The translations under genes and the position numbers were made by a program. The notes beneath the pieces are model-generated. The model worked only from the letters and a program-made list of their open reading frames with translations. It searched no databases and was not told where the DNA came from. Shown piece by piece: positions 12,701 through 26,900 of a stretch of 60,000 nucleotides of DNA (position 1 is the stretch's first letter; each line of letters starts with the position of its first letter). The DNA comes from Lytechinus pictus (taxonomy: Eukaryota), in NCBI RefSeq assembly GCF_037042905.1, contig NC_087251.1, forward strand, positions 44,208,001 through 44,268,000, in the 5' to 3' direction.

Positions 12701-15700
12701 TTCTTGGTGGAAGCTGATGTGGTCGTAGTATTGGATGATTTCAAGATAATGGATATAGGTGAGAAGTAGTAAAAAAAATTAAACGGGAGTTTATAGGGCT
12801 ATTTGCCCCCCCCCCCCCCCCCCCGAACTCTTGAAATAGCCAGAGCCATTTTCTAATAATATTTTTGCCCATGTTTCATAGCTCATTAATATCACTGAAC
12901 AAGTAGGTAGACTTCTGAGCAGCCTTTGATAAAGAAATGGTAGTTTTTCCACTCGTGAGAAGGAGTGGTGTGGATGAGAGAAACAAGTCCTTCAGCAGGA
13001 TGATCATCAATATTCTGTTTTATCAGATGATCGCTTTAAAAAAAAAATGAAGTCAACCTTACTTTCCTGTTTTAATCATGTTGGAAATGCAGTGGTTGAC
13101 TAACCACAGAAACATTTGAATTCAATGAGTAAGAGTTATGGGGGTTGTTCTGGGGCCCATAACACAAAGATTTGCAATGGATTTCAAATAAGACAGAACA
13201 GATCTGATCGGTTCCTGGTCAGTTATTTGAACAAAGTTCACATGGAACAACAATTGTGATTGGCCGTTGTCATTTAGCAATAGATTACAATACATGATAT
13301 TACAGAACCCTGGACCCTATGATATAAAGCTTGATGATTGATCATGGAGCTGATTTTTACAATTGATCTCAATAATTATTGTGTACAATCAATGGTGATA
13401 TCATCCCAATGATTGATCTCTATGCTTTATGTAACAAGCCCTATTATCCTGATAATTGAATCTTTTAGGTCCTCCCAGTGTAGTCTTCAAGCAATCTCAA
13501 TTTGCAACCCATATCAATTACAACAAACCTGAGAGAGATGACGATGACGACACGGCGATTGATACTGAGGTCAAAGGTCAGGGTGTTGAGAGCAAGAAAT
13601 TGGTAGAAGAGGAAGAGAAAGAAGAAGGCACAGTCAAATTTGGAGTCTACAAGTCCTATTGGAATGCTGTTGGTTGCATCCTCGCTGTCTGCGTACTGCT
13701 GTCATTCGTTCTCATGCAAGGTACTATTACTGTTGATTATTTTTTAAAGCTTTCATAATTTTCTTTTCTTTTTATATTGTCATTCCTGCACTGTGTTAAA
13801 GAAATCATATCCATGATTCTTTTTGTTAATTTTAATATTTTGATTTTAATAACAATGCAAAACATCCGGGGGCTGTTTCTCAAAGCTGATCGTAAGTTAA
13901 GAGCAACTTAAAAAACGATTGGTGATCCTTTCTAGGGGTAAATGATTTTGACCATTAAATGTTCATTGGTGATTATTTAGCGTGTAAGAAAGGTTAATCA
14001 GTCGTTCTTAAAGATGCTGTTAACTTACAAACAGCTTTATGAAACTCCCACCTGTTTGTGCAGTAATGATTGTATCATTGACACCCATGTTTCCCTTTCC
14101 TTTTGTTGGATTGACTTGATAGCAAAACCAAATATACAGCTTATTTGTCCAGTGTTAATTGTATTATTGACAGTGCATTTTACTGACTGTCAGCTTTCAA
14201 GCATACTTTATTCATATATGGACGATTTTAAGACCTTGTTTTCTCTTACAAACAGCTGACAGCTACTTCTGTATTTAATTTTTGTGTATCTTTCTAAGTG
14301 AAACCTCAGACCCATTTAGACTCAATTGTATACAATAAAGAGTAATATGCAAGAAAAGAATTGTCTTGCAATTAGATGTTAGTCATTCTTTCTTTGCTGT
14401 TTCTCCTAGGTTCAAAGAATGTCAGTGATTACCACCTATCCACCAGATAATGTCCATCAATTCTCTTTACTTCAAGCTATTCATGTTTCTTTAAAATTTC
14501 TTCTAGGTTCAAAGAATGTCAGTGATTGGTGGTTATCTTATTGGGTCGGTCACACAAAACAACCTCCACCCAGTAACCATACCACCCTTCCACCCAATAC
14601 TCACATCAATCATCTTTACTTCAACCTATTCATGTTTCTTTGATATTTCTTCCAGGTTCAAAGAATGTCAGTGATTGGTGGTTATCCTATTGGGTGGGTC
14701 ACACAAAACCAACTCCACACAGTAACCATTCCACCTTTCCAGCCAATACTCGCCATCAATCGTCTTTACTTCAACCTATATACCTTTCCCTAGGTTTGGA
14801 AATGGATCACTACGAGTGAGTACAATTAAAGTCCCAAGTCCACCCAACATTGAAACATTAGAATCAAAATAAAAATGAAACAAGCGTAACGCTGAAAATT
14901 TCATCAAAATCGAATGTAAAATATGAAAGTTATGATAGTTTAAAGTTTCGCTTATTTTTCACAAAAGAGTCATTTGCACAACTTTGTGATATTCAAATGA
15001 GAGAGTCGATAACTTGTCGTAGAACCTCCCGTGTTAGAATCATAATAATTAATGGGGAGGGCCAAAAGGCCCCCCTAAAACTTTATTTTGCGAGATACTT
15101 TTAATATGAAGGTTTTTGCTGCTACGTTTCTTGACTTTTTTCCTTCAAGTCTCACCCAACTTTTGAGATGCCCGGCTAAGCGATTATGAAATGATGCAAC
15201 ATTTTGTTAATTCTTGTCAAACACAAAATTGCTCCATAACATGATGTCATTTATAAATCCAACGGAAATCCTATTTCTGGCCCAAAGTGATAGATTTTAT
15301 GCCTGTATCCGTAACAAGTTTGACTTTTGTAATGGTCTACTCTATGGGATCCCCAACTCCCAAATCATGATTTTTACAACAGGGTCAAAACACCTTGGCA
15401 AGGTTAGTTTGCAGGTGTACAAAGTTTACAAGAATCATGCGTATCGTACAGTTTCTATACTGGTGTAATACGAATATGAATAAGAATCAAAACTCTACTA
15501 ATTGTGCGTAAAACTACTTTTTGATGAAGCTCTCAACTACATCATAAAATTTGTTGGGTTATAAAGCCAATCTTCTTGGTTACAAGAAACTTGGGTCTAA
15601 TTGCGAATCAAGTGTAAGTTAAAAAAAATATAAAAATACCGTGCTGCAAGAATTTTGAGTCGAAATTGTACATAAAATCAACTAAAAGTTTGTGTTTAAT

Positions 15701-16015
15701 CAAATGACTTGTGCTTAATTTTGGGACTTTATTTGAAATTGAAAAAAAGTTCCTTGCATCACCCCATAAGAGATTCTTTGATTTTGCAGATCCTATCTTT
15801 CAAAATAAAAGTACCACTAGGTGTTGGAGCATTTACATGTGTAGCCCATAATCTCTGTAATTGCTCTGGGAGTCTGCGGGAGTCAGAAAAGCACTATCAG
15901 TGAATAATTTGAAATCAGAACTTACAGCATATTTATTTGATAGATGTAGTATAGTAGAATGTGTACCTATGTTGGATTGTTGTATAGTTTCTTCATTCTA
16001 TGTATATATTATTTC

Positions 16016-16054
<39 letters not shown>

Positions 16055-17869
16055 CATCATCATCATCTCATCATAACCATCATCATCATCATCACCATCA
16101 TCGTCACCATCATCATCATTATTAATATTGTTTTTAATATTATATTCATGATTATCATCATCATCATTATTATATCTTCCTATTACAGACTTGATGGTCA
16201 CTATTTGTCAGATGTGGACAACTCATCATCCTTGGAGTTCTATTTGGGGATCTATGGGGGGTTGATAGGTGCTAACTCAGTCTTCACATTACTAAGAGCA
16301 TTCCTATTTGCCTATGGGGGTATTCAGGCAGCTACGATGATACATGATAGGCTACTCAAGAGTATTTTGAGGGTAAGTTCCTTGATAGTCAATTCTGTGT
16401 TCACATTACTAAGAGCGTTCCTATTTGCCTATGGGGGCATACACGCAGCTACGATGATACACGATATGCTATTCAAGAGTGTTCTGAGGGTAAGTTCCTT
16501 GATAGTCAATTCTGTGTTCACATTACTAAGAGCGTTCCTATTTGCCTATGGGGGCATACACGCAGCTACGATGATACACGATATGCTATTCAAGAGTGTT
16601 CTGAGGGTAAGTTCCTTGATAGTCAATCCTATGTTCACATTATTAAGGGCATTTCTATTTACCTATGGGGATATACACACAGCAACGATGATACAAGATA
16701 CTCAAAGGTGTTGTGAGAGTAAGTTTGACTGGGCTTATTTTGTTTTTGCATGTTTCAATGTGCCTTTAAATGTATTTTTATATTCCTATATAAGTTATTC
16801 ATGATGCTGCAACAACATAGGTTTGCATGTTTGAAAATATTCATAGACCACTCTGGACCAGTGTATTAGGCCTGTATTCTGAAGTCAGGTTTAACTTAGA
16901 CCACAGTCTAACTCTGTGCTAAAATTATGGGGAGCCAAAAATTCTGTTTACACTGTATATTTCTTATGTTTTAGTATTTCATTTCATTTTGGTTTCATAT
17001 TGAAGAAAAATACTTCAGTTATCATTTCCAGACAATTATGAACAATTTGAGTGTCAAATGAGTTAATAAAGTAGATTTGCACTGTTAGGGATTTGTGCCC
17101 CGATTGGCTATCCATAGTTAAACCACAACTTAAAACCAGGGTTTAACTTAAACCTGAGTTCAGAATACGGGCCTTAGTCTCTAGACTTTGAAAGAAATGG
17201 TTGTGGGTTCAAATCCCAGCCATTGTGCTGCACTCAACCCAGGTGAGGTAAATGGATACATGGTAGGGATTTATTCCTTGAAATACTTACACGCTGTAAA
17301 AGCCTACAGTGTGCTATAAACCACTCCCGCAATCATCAGTTTGTTTTCTTTTTCCCTTCAGGCTCCAATTTCATTCTTTGATGTAACCCCTGTTGGGCGA
17401 ATCATCAATCGTTTCTCCTCCGACGTGTTCACCATCGACTTTGGCTTGCCCTTCATCCTCAACATCTTACTGTCCCAAGTATTCAGCTTCTTAGGAACTG
17501 TTGTAATAACGTGCTATGGTCTGCCTTGGTTTACCTTGTGTCTTATACCCATAGGAATCATGTACTACTTCATTCAGGTTTGTTTGCTGTATTTAATTCC
17601 ATCCTAATGCAATTTATTTTTATATAATAATGATGATGATTTGGCCTGCGTGGGAATATTTATTAAATTAATTGTTCAAATCGCTGGTAAGCTTCATCTC
17701 ATTGTTGTGATAACATACAAACATTTTTTCTTCACAATCATGAAATTTGTGGTAAGCTGAACTTGCGAGGTTGCAAACTTCTATTTCTATTGGCAGTGAT
17801 CCATTCTACTAATATGAATAATCAAATGTTATTCCAAGGACCAGTAGTGATGTTGAATGGTGAAGGTGA

Positions 17870-17903
<34 letters not shown>

Positions 17904-20900
17904 GGTGGTGGTGGTGGTGGTGATGGTGATGGTGATGATGATGATGATGATATTGATGGTAATGATGATGGTAATGATGATGATGCTGAGGATGGTGATG
18001 ATGATGCTGATGATGATACACAATATTTCATTTGACTAAACTTCTTTCGATCTTTTTGTGTCTCTGATCACCTTCAGAACTATTATCGTAAGACATCGAG
18101 GGAATTGCGTCGTATCTACAGCATATCTAATTCAGCAATTTACAGTCACTTCTCAGAGACTCTAGCAGGGTTGGCCGTTATCAAGGGAATGAGAGCAACA
18201 AGAAGGTATCTACAGGCTTTACAGATCATGATGTCAGTCGAGTGCACTTTGGATGTTTCACAGAGCTCCCAAGTAGTACGGATTTTCTGTATATAGAAAA
18301 TCAAGTTTCGAATGATTTTTAGAGTTGCGATTGATTGCAACTCTTTCTGCAATGTGCTCCTGGTCTAAACAATTAATTTGACTTGATGAATATTTGATTT
18401 ATGGTAGATCTACTTTGGCTGAGTCACCTATACATTTATGCTTCCTTTGTGATCTGGGCCCATGTCTTACAAAGAGTTGCGACTGATCCAATCAACCACA
18501 ACTATGTAAAGCCAGGAACACCAACATCTGGGCTCCGTAACACAGAGGTTAGCAATTGATCGCACGCTTGATTTTATGATTGATTGTACATTCTTGTCAA
18601 TGCAATCAATGTAAAAAATGTTCTACGATCATTGCTAAGCTTTGTGTTACGGGCCCCTGGGCCCCGTCTTACAAAGAGTTACGATTGATCAAATCAACCG
18701 TAACTCTATGGAAATCCATCAGTGTCATAATTTTTTCTACAGGAAATTTGCACAATGTCCTTTGTAAACAAAGAGAAGCATAATTAATTTTTAAAGAAAA
18801 CAATGCATGAATATATATCATAGCTAGAAAATATTTTGAACAAACATGCATAATAGATGTTAACATTGCTGGCCATCCATAGTTGCGATTGATCGGATCA
18901 GTCGCAACTTTTTGTGAGATGGGGCCCTGGGGAGTGTTTCATGACAGGACTTGTCGGATGTTTTATCCGACAAGTCCTTGTTTATCTGACAATTGCCATA
19001 ATAACAGTGCTCCTCAGCCAATCAAAGCCAAGGAAAGTTGTCAGATCTGACAACTTGTCGGATAGAAATGTTGATGAAACACTCCCCTGATATACATGTT
19101 ATGTTAAAAATATCTTCTAGATGTGATCTACATTTATGCATTCATAGTTTTCTCTAAAATTCAGTATGCTTCTGTTTGTTTACAAGGTCATTGTGCAAAT
19201 TTTCTGAAGTAAAAATTATGACATTGATGGCTTTCCGTAAACTTGAGGTTGATTGGATCAGTCGTAACACTTTGTGAGATGGGGCCATGGTATAAGTGGA
19301 AGCCTGAGCTAAAGCTGGGGTAATATAAGCTATGCTTTGCATCCTTTGGAATCAAAGCGCTACATAAATCCAGCTTCTTATTATATGCTGATTTTTTTTC
19401 ATACAGATTTCGCCTTGAAAACCGCCGTAAACTGGAGCTCAATCAGCGAGCCTGGTTCAGCAGTAACACAGTCACCTATTGGTTAGCCTTCAGATTACAG
19501 ATGATTGGTGTTGCCATGGTTACAGCAGTAGCTGTCATAGCAGTATTAGAGCATCATTTTCAGACTGTAGATCCAGGTTAGTAGATTAGTGTCATTTGAT
19601 TACGACATATGATAGCTGATGTCTTGTGTAATAGAAAAGGTGTGAGAATGCGACAGGTCGATACTAGATCCAACATGAAATGTGAACTGTTTAGCGGATA
19701 AGAATATTATCTGTTACTCAAATGAATGTTTTTCCTGAATGCTCTTTTTCTCTTTAATCAATATTTTGAAAGAAATTTTAATCTTGATTGACAAGCCCAT
19801 TGGCATTCACAGAAAATGAACGGAATGAAAATTGATGCTGAAGGGTTTCCCGAGACGATCTCTATTTGAAATTTATTTGTATTTGCATTGTAGGTCTTGT
19901 TGGGCTAGCTATATCATATGCTTTGTCGATTACCAACCTGCTTATCAGTGCCATCAACACATTGACAGAGACAGAGAAGAACATGATTAGCGCGGAGCGT
20001 ACCCATCATTATACAGTGGCTATACCAGAGGAAATACAAGGTGGATTGATTCAGGTATGCTGAACTACCTCGTTTTGTTGCATTGACATATTTCAGTTTA
20101 AAAGAAAAAGACAGTAGTTGCAGCAAACAATTATCTCATGAGAAAGTCTTTTAAATCAAGGTTGATTGTCAAAATATTATCATATATCTAGCTCTGGTAC
20201 ATTAATGTAAATTTATCTTTGTGAAATCATGAAATCTTTGCGCACAACAGATGATTCTGATGATCACTAACATAGAAAAGCATATGTGGGTCAGTGTATT
20301 AATATTGCTTGGAAAAATACCCAACATTTGTTGGAAATCTGTGCTTATTTTGCTAATTTCTAAGCAATTGCGCATTTTCTTCCAGAGCTATTTTGCACAT
20401 TTTTTATTCATACATACAAGCACTTGGGTGGTAATTTTATTAGATTTTGTTCAAACTTACTTTGAGGTCATTACCACAACTGGTATTTATCTTTAAGGTG
20501 TTGGGTCTTTTCCAAGCGATAAAAATACCCTGTCTCACAAGTGTTTTTCTGTGTTGGTGATTTTCAGTGTGATCTTTTTTAACTTGGATCTCTGGATTTC
20601 GCACGGTTAGGTTTAAGCGAATGGACCAGATCTAGATCTATGATGGTCTAGTGACAATTAAGTTAACAAATATTGAAAAAAAACAAATACAGATTTAAGT
20701 GGTAATCTCATTTAACATAAATCTAAGTCAAAAGGTCATTTCCAGGCAGAATTCCATCAACTTTACTGACAAAATTTTCTCCACATATCTGTGTATTTTA
20801 TAGGTACCTCCTCTGTGGCCTCACAGTGGTGTGGTCAAGTTTGACAATGTCCATTTCTCCTACCGTGAGGATCACCCTAAGGCTCTAGATGGAGTCAGCT

Positions 20901-23900
20901 TTGAGACCAAACCGGGAGAGAAGATTGGTATCGTGGGTAGGACCGGGTCTGGAAAGTCTACCCTGTTCCTGGTCTTATTTAGGATGGTCCAGATACAGCA
21001 AGGCACAGTGTCCATTGATGGAGTGAACCTGGCTGATGTGTCTCTGGAAGATGTCAGGTGAGTCTCTCTAAGCTCCTTTCACTATTAAAGTTTAACCTTT
21101 AATGTGAATGAGTTGTCATATTAACCGATTATTATAAAATATATGTATTATTTAAATCATCTTGATTGGTCAGAATGCATCACATTCAACATTTTTTAGC
21201 AGATTGTACTGCAGTGCAAACAGGTGAGCTTCGAATTTTGAAATTGCACGCTCCAGCACACCATCACCATTGTGATAGAACTAGGAGAGCCACAAACTGT
21301 AGAACTTTATAAAGATTTGCGTTTTTTGGTCGCTATTTTATAAAACAAATAATGCACTTGCTCTATTGATGTGTGAAAGTAAATGCCAGGAAATCTTGGT
21401 TTCTCCAACTGGTGCACACCGGACACTCAGCAAAAGGCTTGTGTGCACTGCATTTCCACTCATGCTCTGTTAGTTCTGTGCATTGTTTGTATATTGTCTC
21501 GGGTGTATCGTTATCTAGTCTGGTATTATTTGGTTGTGATTTTGCATACCGAATCTTAAATTATATTTAGGATAGTGATACACATGTACATAAAGGAATA
21601 CAGATAACTTGTATATGTTGCCCTTTTATAGGTCGAAATATTCGCTCAAGAAGAATCAAGTTTTGACAAGATTTTGCAACAATTGTGTCATACATATACA
21701 GCTGTGCTCAAAAGCTGGGGAACCCCATCACACATTGCACTCCTTCATGCTAAGTGTAGACAACAACACTACAATGTTTGGCTAGCCCAGAGAAACAAAC
21801 TTTATTGAATGTTATATTTCATCACTTGACTTCACAGTTAAATATCTAGAACATGGCAGAACTTGAACACTTTGAATATGTTCATTAATTTTTGAGCACC
21901 ACTGTATACCTCTTCTAATCAATATCACTGTGTTTCCAATTGATTAAATTTAAGCAAAGTAATTTTCAGTGTTTGTTGCTGAAGTCTTATCTCCGAAGTC
22001 TACTGTAAATTAAAATTTGACACATTTAAATAACAATTTCAAAATAGTTTTAAACTGTCAATATGAGGGTGATATAAATCTAGTGAGGGTGATATATGTC
22101 CTTTCGCCCCCAGGCCAGTCAAAATTGCTATTATTGACCAAATCAGACATCTAGAGCTTGTACGCAGAATTTTGAAATTCAAAGTAAATTGAGTAAAACT
22201 CACCATTATTGAAGATTGCAGTCTTGAGAAGTTACGACACTTCTTTAATCCAATTGAAAAGTGATATCCTGCCAATTCAAAGTTCAAACTCCAATCGATA
22301 TCAAAAGTCATGAAGGTAAATTTCTTCAATGATGAGAAATGCAACTTAAACTGCAGTACAAACAGGTGAGCTTCGAATATTGAAATTGCAGGCTCCAGCA
22401 CACCAGCACCATCATGACAAAATTAGCAGAGCAACAAACTGTAAAACTTTATAAAGATTTGCGTTTTTTGGTCGCTATTTTATAAAACAAATAATGCGCT
22501 TGCTCTATTGTGTGTGAAAGTAAATGCAAGGAAATCTTGGTTTCTCCAACTGGTGCACACCGGGCACTCGGCAAAAGGCTTGTGTGCACTGCATTTCCAC
22601 TCATGCTCTGTTAGTTCTGTGCATTGTTTGTATATTGTCTCGGGTGTATCGTTATCTAGTCTGGTATTATTTGGTTGTGATTTTGCATACCGAATCTTAA
22701 ATTATTTTACATTATATTAAGGATAGTGATACACATGTACGTAAAAAATACAGATAACTTGCATAATTCGTCCTTTTCTAAGTTGAAAAATTGATTCGAG
22801 TAGAATCGGTTTTTCGACAAGATTTTGCAACAATTGTGTCATACATATACAGCTGTGCTCAAAAGTAATTTTCAGTGTTTGTTGCTGAAGTCTTATCTCC
22901 GAAGTCTACTGTAAATTAAAATTTGACACATTTAAATAACAATTTCAAAATAGTTTTAAACTGTCAATATGAGGGTGATATAAATCTAGTGAGGGTGATA
23001 TATGTCCTTTCGCCCCCAGGCCAGTCAAAATTGCTATTATTGACCAAATCAGACATCTAGAGCTTGTACGCAGAATTTTGAAATTCAAAGTAAATTGAGT
23101 AAAACTCACCATTATTGAAGATTGCAGTCTTGAGAAGTTACGACACTTCTTTAATCCAATTGAAAAGTGATATCCTGCCAATTCAAAGTTCAAACTCCAA
23201 TCGATATCAAAAGTCATGAAGGTAAATTTCTTCAATGATGAGAAATGCAACTTAAAAAAACTGTTTAAAGTTTGAACTTCAGATAACAATAAGTAACATG
23301 GGTTGCGCAAGAGTCCAACCATCAAAATCAACAAGTCTATTTACAGTGTCCCATTTTTCACGAGACTAGTTGTTGTAAAAGCTTACAGTCACCGTGCAAT
23401 TTTGGAGCAAAAATGGTGTTTGCTGAACTTGCATCCTTTGACTATGAGTGTTTGTTGTAGTGGTGCTTCCGTTTATGATGTTTCCGGCTGAAGAAGCATT
23501 TGAAGGAGGAGCTGTGTTCATATCCAACGGTTGCAAAACATCCTGTATGTTGCGTACCTGTACTTCTTCAGTGACTTCTGTTTCTGAGTGAGCTGAATAA
23601 ACTGATAGCTGCGAATTGGGTAATATTAGATCTAGATCGACCTCGTCAAAGTTGAAGTCTAAATCAAAGTTTAGGCCGAGATCATTGTCCACTTCATTCA
23701 CTGCTTGATGGATTATGCTAGGCTGACCTGCATCCTGAACACTATCAACACAACCACAATTTTCATGCGAGGTTTTGTTTGATGTGTTCAGACTCACAGA
23801 TGGTGCAGCTTGAGGCTGAGCGTCACTTACTCCAATGGCACGAGATAATGCATCTGACATGTTCATTTTTTTGTTTCCAGACACACGGCCAGTGTAACTT

Positions 23901-26900
23901 GCGAGGCTAGAATGATTGTTGTGGCCACTAACTTGACAAATTTCTCTGTCTTCAAACCTTCCTTGTCAAGTATTCTAATGCTTGTTGTTCTCACACAGTG
24001 ATTAGTGTACTTCTTTGACCGTTTTGCTTTTTGAGATAGGCTCTTCATCATATTACCAAGAGTGTTCTTCCCCATCAGTGTTTTGGTGTACCATGGGCCC
24101 GATTCAGGACGCGTTTGCTTGGGCGTTTGGACCAGAAATTTACAATCATTCAAAGTAGACATGTATGTCTTAAATGACGCAACTTGGCAATGTGGATCGC
24201 CTGGAGTAGCATACATGCGAGCACCATCTACTCTGGAACTTTGATTATCCTCTCAAGTTTTCTTAGTTAGTTCATCTACAGTTTGGGTAACGTACTCACG
24301 TTGATTTGCATCTTTTTTCAGTTGAAAATGATCCTTTTTCAAGGTTCTTAAGTTCTCTCTACCTCTGCAACAAAATTAGAGACATAACTCAAACCAAACC
24401 TTCTCACCAAGTGTTACAGGTGTTTCGTCCTCTTTTAAGTAACTGTACAATTTTTGAATATCTTCACTTTCGCTCTCATCATGATGAACCGTGTCACCTT
24501 TCCCAAGTTTTTGCAACTCCATCAGAGCTGCTTTGAATGCAACATCAGCCTTGGTAAATTCTGGATCCTTTGCAATATCAATTACATCTGAACGCACTGA
24601 TTTAAGGTGCCTATTCAAGCCAGATTTCAGAGAATTTAACGATGCTGTCCGTCTGATTTACGTAATTCCACGTAGAACTTACTTAGAATCGTAGCGAATG
24701 TGCTCTTGTCCACAATCTTCAAATCAATATCGATGCATTTCTCAAACAAAAACTCCTTGAAAATTGTGATTGCTTACTTCGTAGCTCTCTTAGTGCTGTC
24801 TGCGTCCTTATTTCCGAAAATATTACTAAATTCTTCTTCGTCGAAGCTTGCGAAACGCTTTGGTTTCGTGGAGGCAGCCATCTTGAGTTTGCAAAATACT
24901 ATGTTTACAAGTACAACGCCAGCTACGCCCGCTGCTCAAATTCTTTTTACGTACAAAACCTATGCACCAGCAAGAATCGCCTGCGGCGGGATTCGGGTAA
25001 CAAAAGTTCGCAGGAAATTTAAGAATGCCTGGATGTTACACTGCCTTTTATTGCCCGCTACATTTCCATGCATTTCCTCATTGACTTTCCTGAGCGGGCA
25101 ATAAATTGGGCCTGTGGATAAACAATTGGAAATTTATTGACCGTTCATTTGATCCCAGTCTTAAGCAGGCAACAATGTATCAAAGTTGCCCTGCTCAGAT
25201 GTCTGATACGGTTAATAATAAAAAATGTCTCAATATTAACTGTGTCAATATTGCATGTATGGTACATTGTAGGTCGAAACTAGCCATCATACCCCAGGAT
25301 CCATTCATCTTCAGCGGTACAGTGCGAGAGAACCTAGACCCCGTAGGGAATTGCAGTGATGCAGAGCTGTGGAGTGTCCTGGAGAAGTGCCACATCAAGG
25401 ACGTCATCGTCCGGATGGGAGGTCTCGATGCGATGGCTGGTGAAGGAGGGAAACAGTTCTCTACGGGTCAAAAGCAGCTGGTCTGTCTGGCTAGAGCTAT
25501 GCTTACTAAGGCAAAGGTAAGATAGGATTATTTGATTGGGGGGTATTGTTGCTTTAAGAGGACACCAAATAAGTAGAATTGTAAGATATCAGGCCTTGGC
25601 TGTTAAAACCAAAGTATGTTTCATATATACATATACACATGCAGCTTTTCCATTCAGAAATGGGGGGGGGGGGGCGTAAAAAAAAACCAACAAAACATTA
25701 GTCTGATTTGAGCATTGTGGCCCAGTGGAGTAGTCTCCGGACTGTAAATTCATTAAGCAAGAAATTGATCCACATTGTGCTCCACTCAACCCAGGTGAGG
25801 TAAAGGGGTACCTGCCAGGCATTTACCGGTATTCCTTGCAACACTTGAGTGCATAACAGTAGCTCGGCTAAAGCCAGGGTTTTAATGCTGCATTTATTGT
25901 AGAGCGCTAAGAGACTTCTGATAAAGCGGTATTAGCTGTCATGTAAGCAAATGTAATTATTTCTTTGAAAAATGAGAGGAATATTCATTATTTAATTAAT
26001 CACATTTCTATGGGATATAAACTTGAAATGTTATTGACTTGACTTGTAAAAATTTGTGAGGATTTCTGAAATGGGCCTCTGGTTTGCTACAATCTTGAAT
26101 AAATTTTACTGTAAATAAGAGAATAAACTATAGGAATACAGTATTTTCTTTTCTATCTAACAATTTTCCAGATGAAATTGACTTTAAGTGAGTGACTCTT
26201 CATGATCATACTGTCACAATTACTATATGTGACTGAATTTCATAGTAGAAAAAAAAGCATTGTTGGACATTTGCATAGATAAGAGTATTTGATGAAGTGG
26301 GTAATTCTTCATGATATCAACATTTGATAGCCGATATTACAAGAGAATAACTATCTGTATTAAGTACAGGCCAAAAGTTTGGGGCCACCCACAGATTTAA
26401 AAGAAAATCATACAAAACACTGCATTCTGCATTCACTCTTTCATTCGTTCGTTCGTATTGATACCAAATTGGCTTTGGCAGTTCCGTTACATCACACAAG
26501 CATGTTTCCAACTGGTTTTGATTGCACTTCTCTTAACCCCAGTCGATATTCATAATATATTCAAATTTTATGCATACTTTCAAACTTTAAAGATATATGC
26601 ATAAAATATGAATATATTTAAAGAGGACCAGGAGGGATTTTCACAAAGAGTTGAGTGTGACTTGGAGTCATGCTTTTATGGCAATGTGAACAATGTCTGT
26701 AACATGCCATCTCATGCTGTAGCACGCGTCCGCTTTATAGCATGATTTGACCTATGCGATCACGTGTTTTATAACTCATACAACTTGCCGTTTAAGTGTG
26801 ACTCTTCAGTCATAATCAATTCTTCGTGAAACACCCCCAGGTTTTTAAAAAACATATCTAAATAATTATACACTTTGTATATTCATTTCTCTTTCATCTT

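Larger units (their letters stand above)
21119..25217 (-). mobile_element. Putative Crypton-like element filling ABCC10 intron 16
   Basis: Contains the recombinase pseudogene; 9-bp inverted ends TATTAACCG (21119) / CGGTTAATA (25209-25217); boundaries tentative. Confidence 0.55.

Noticed and set aside
22039..23334. Duplicated 120-129 aa minus-strand ORFs
   Set aside because: They arise from the tandem duplication downstream of the recombinase stop; no recognisable motifs
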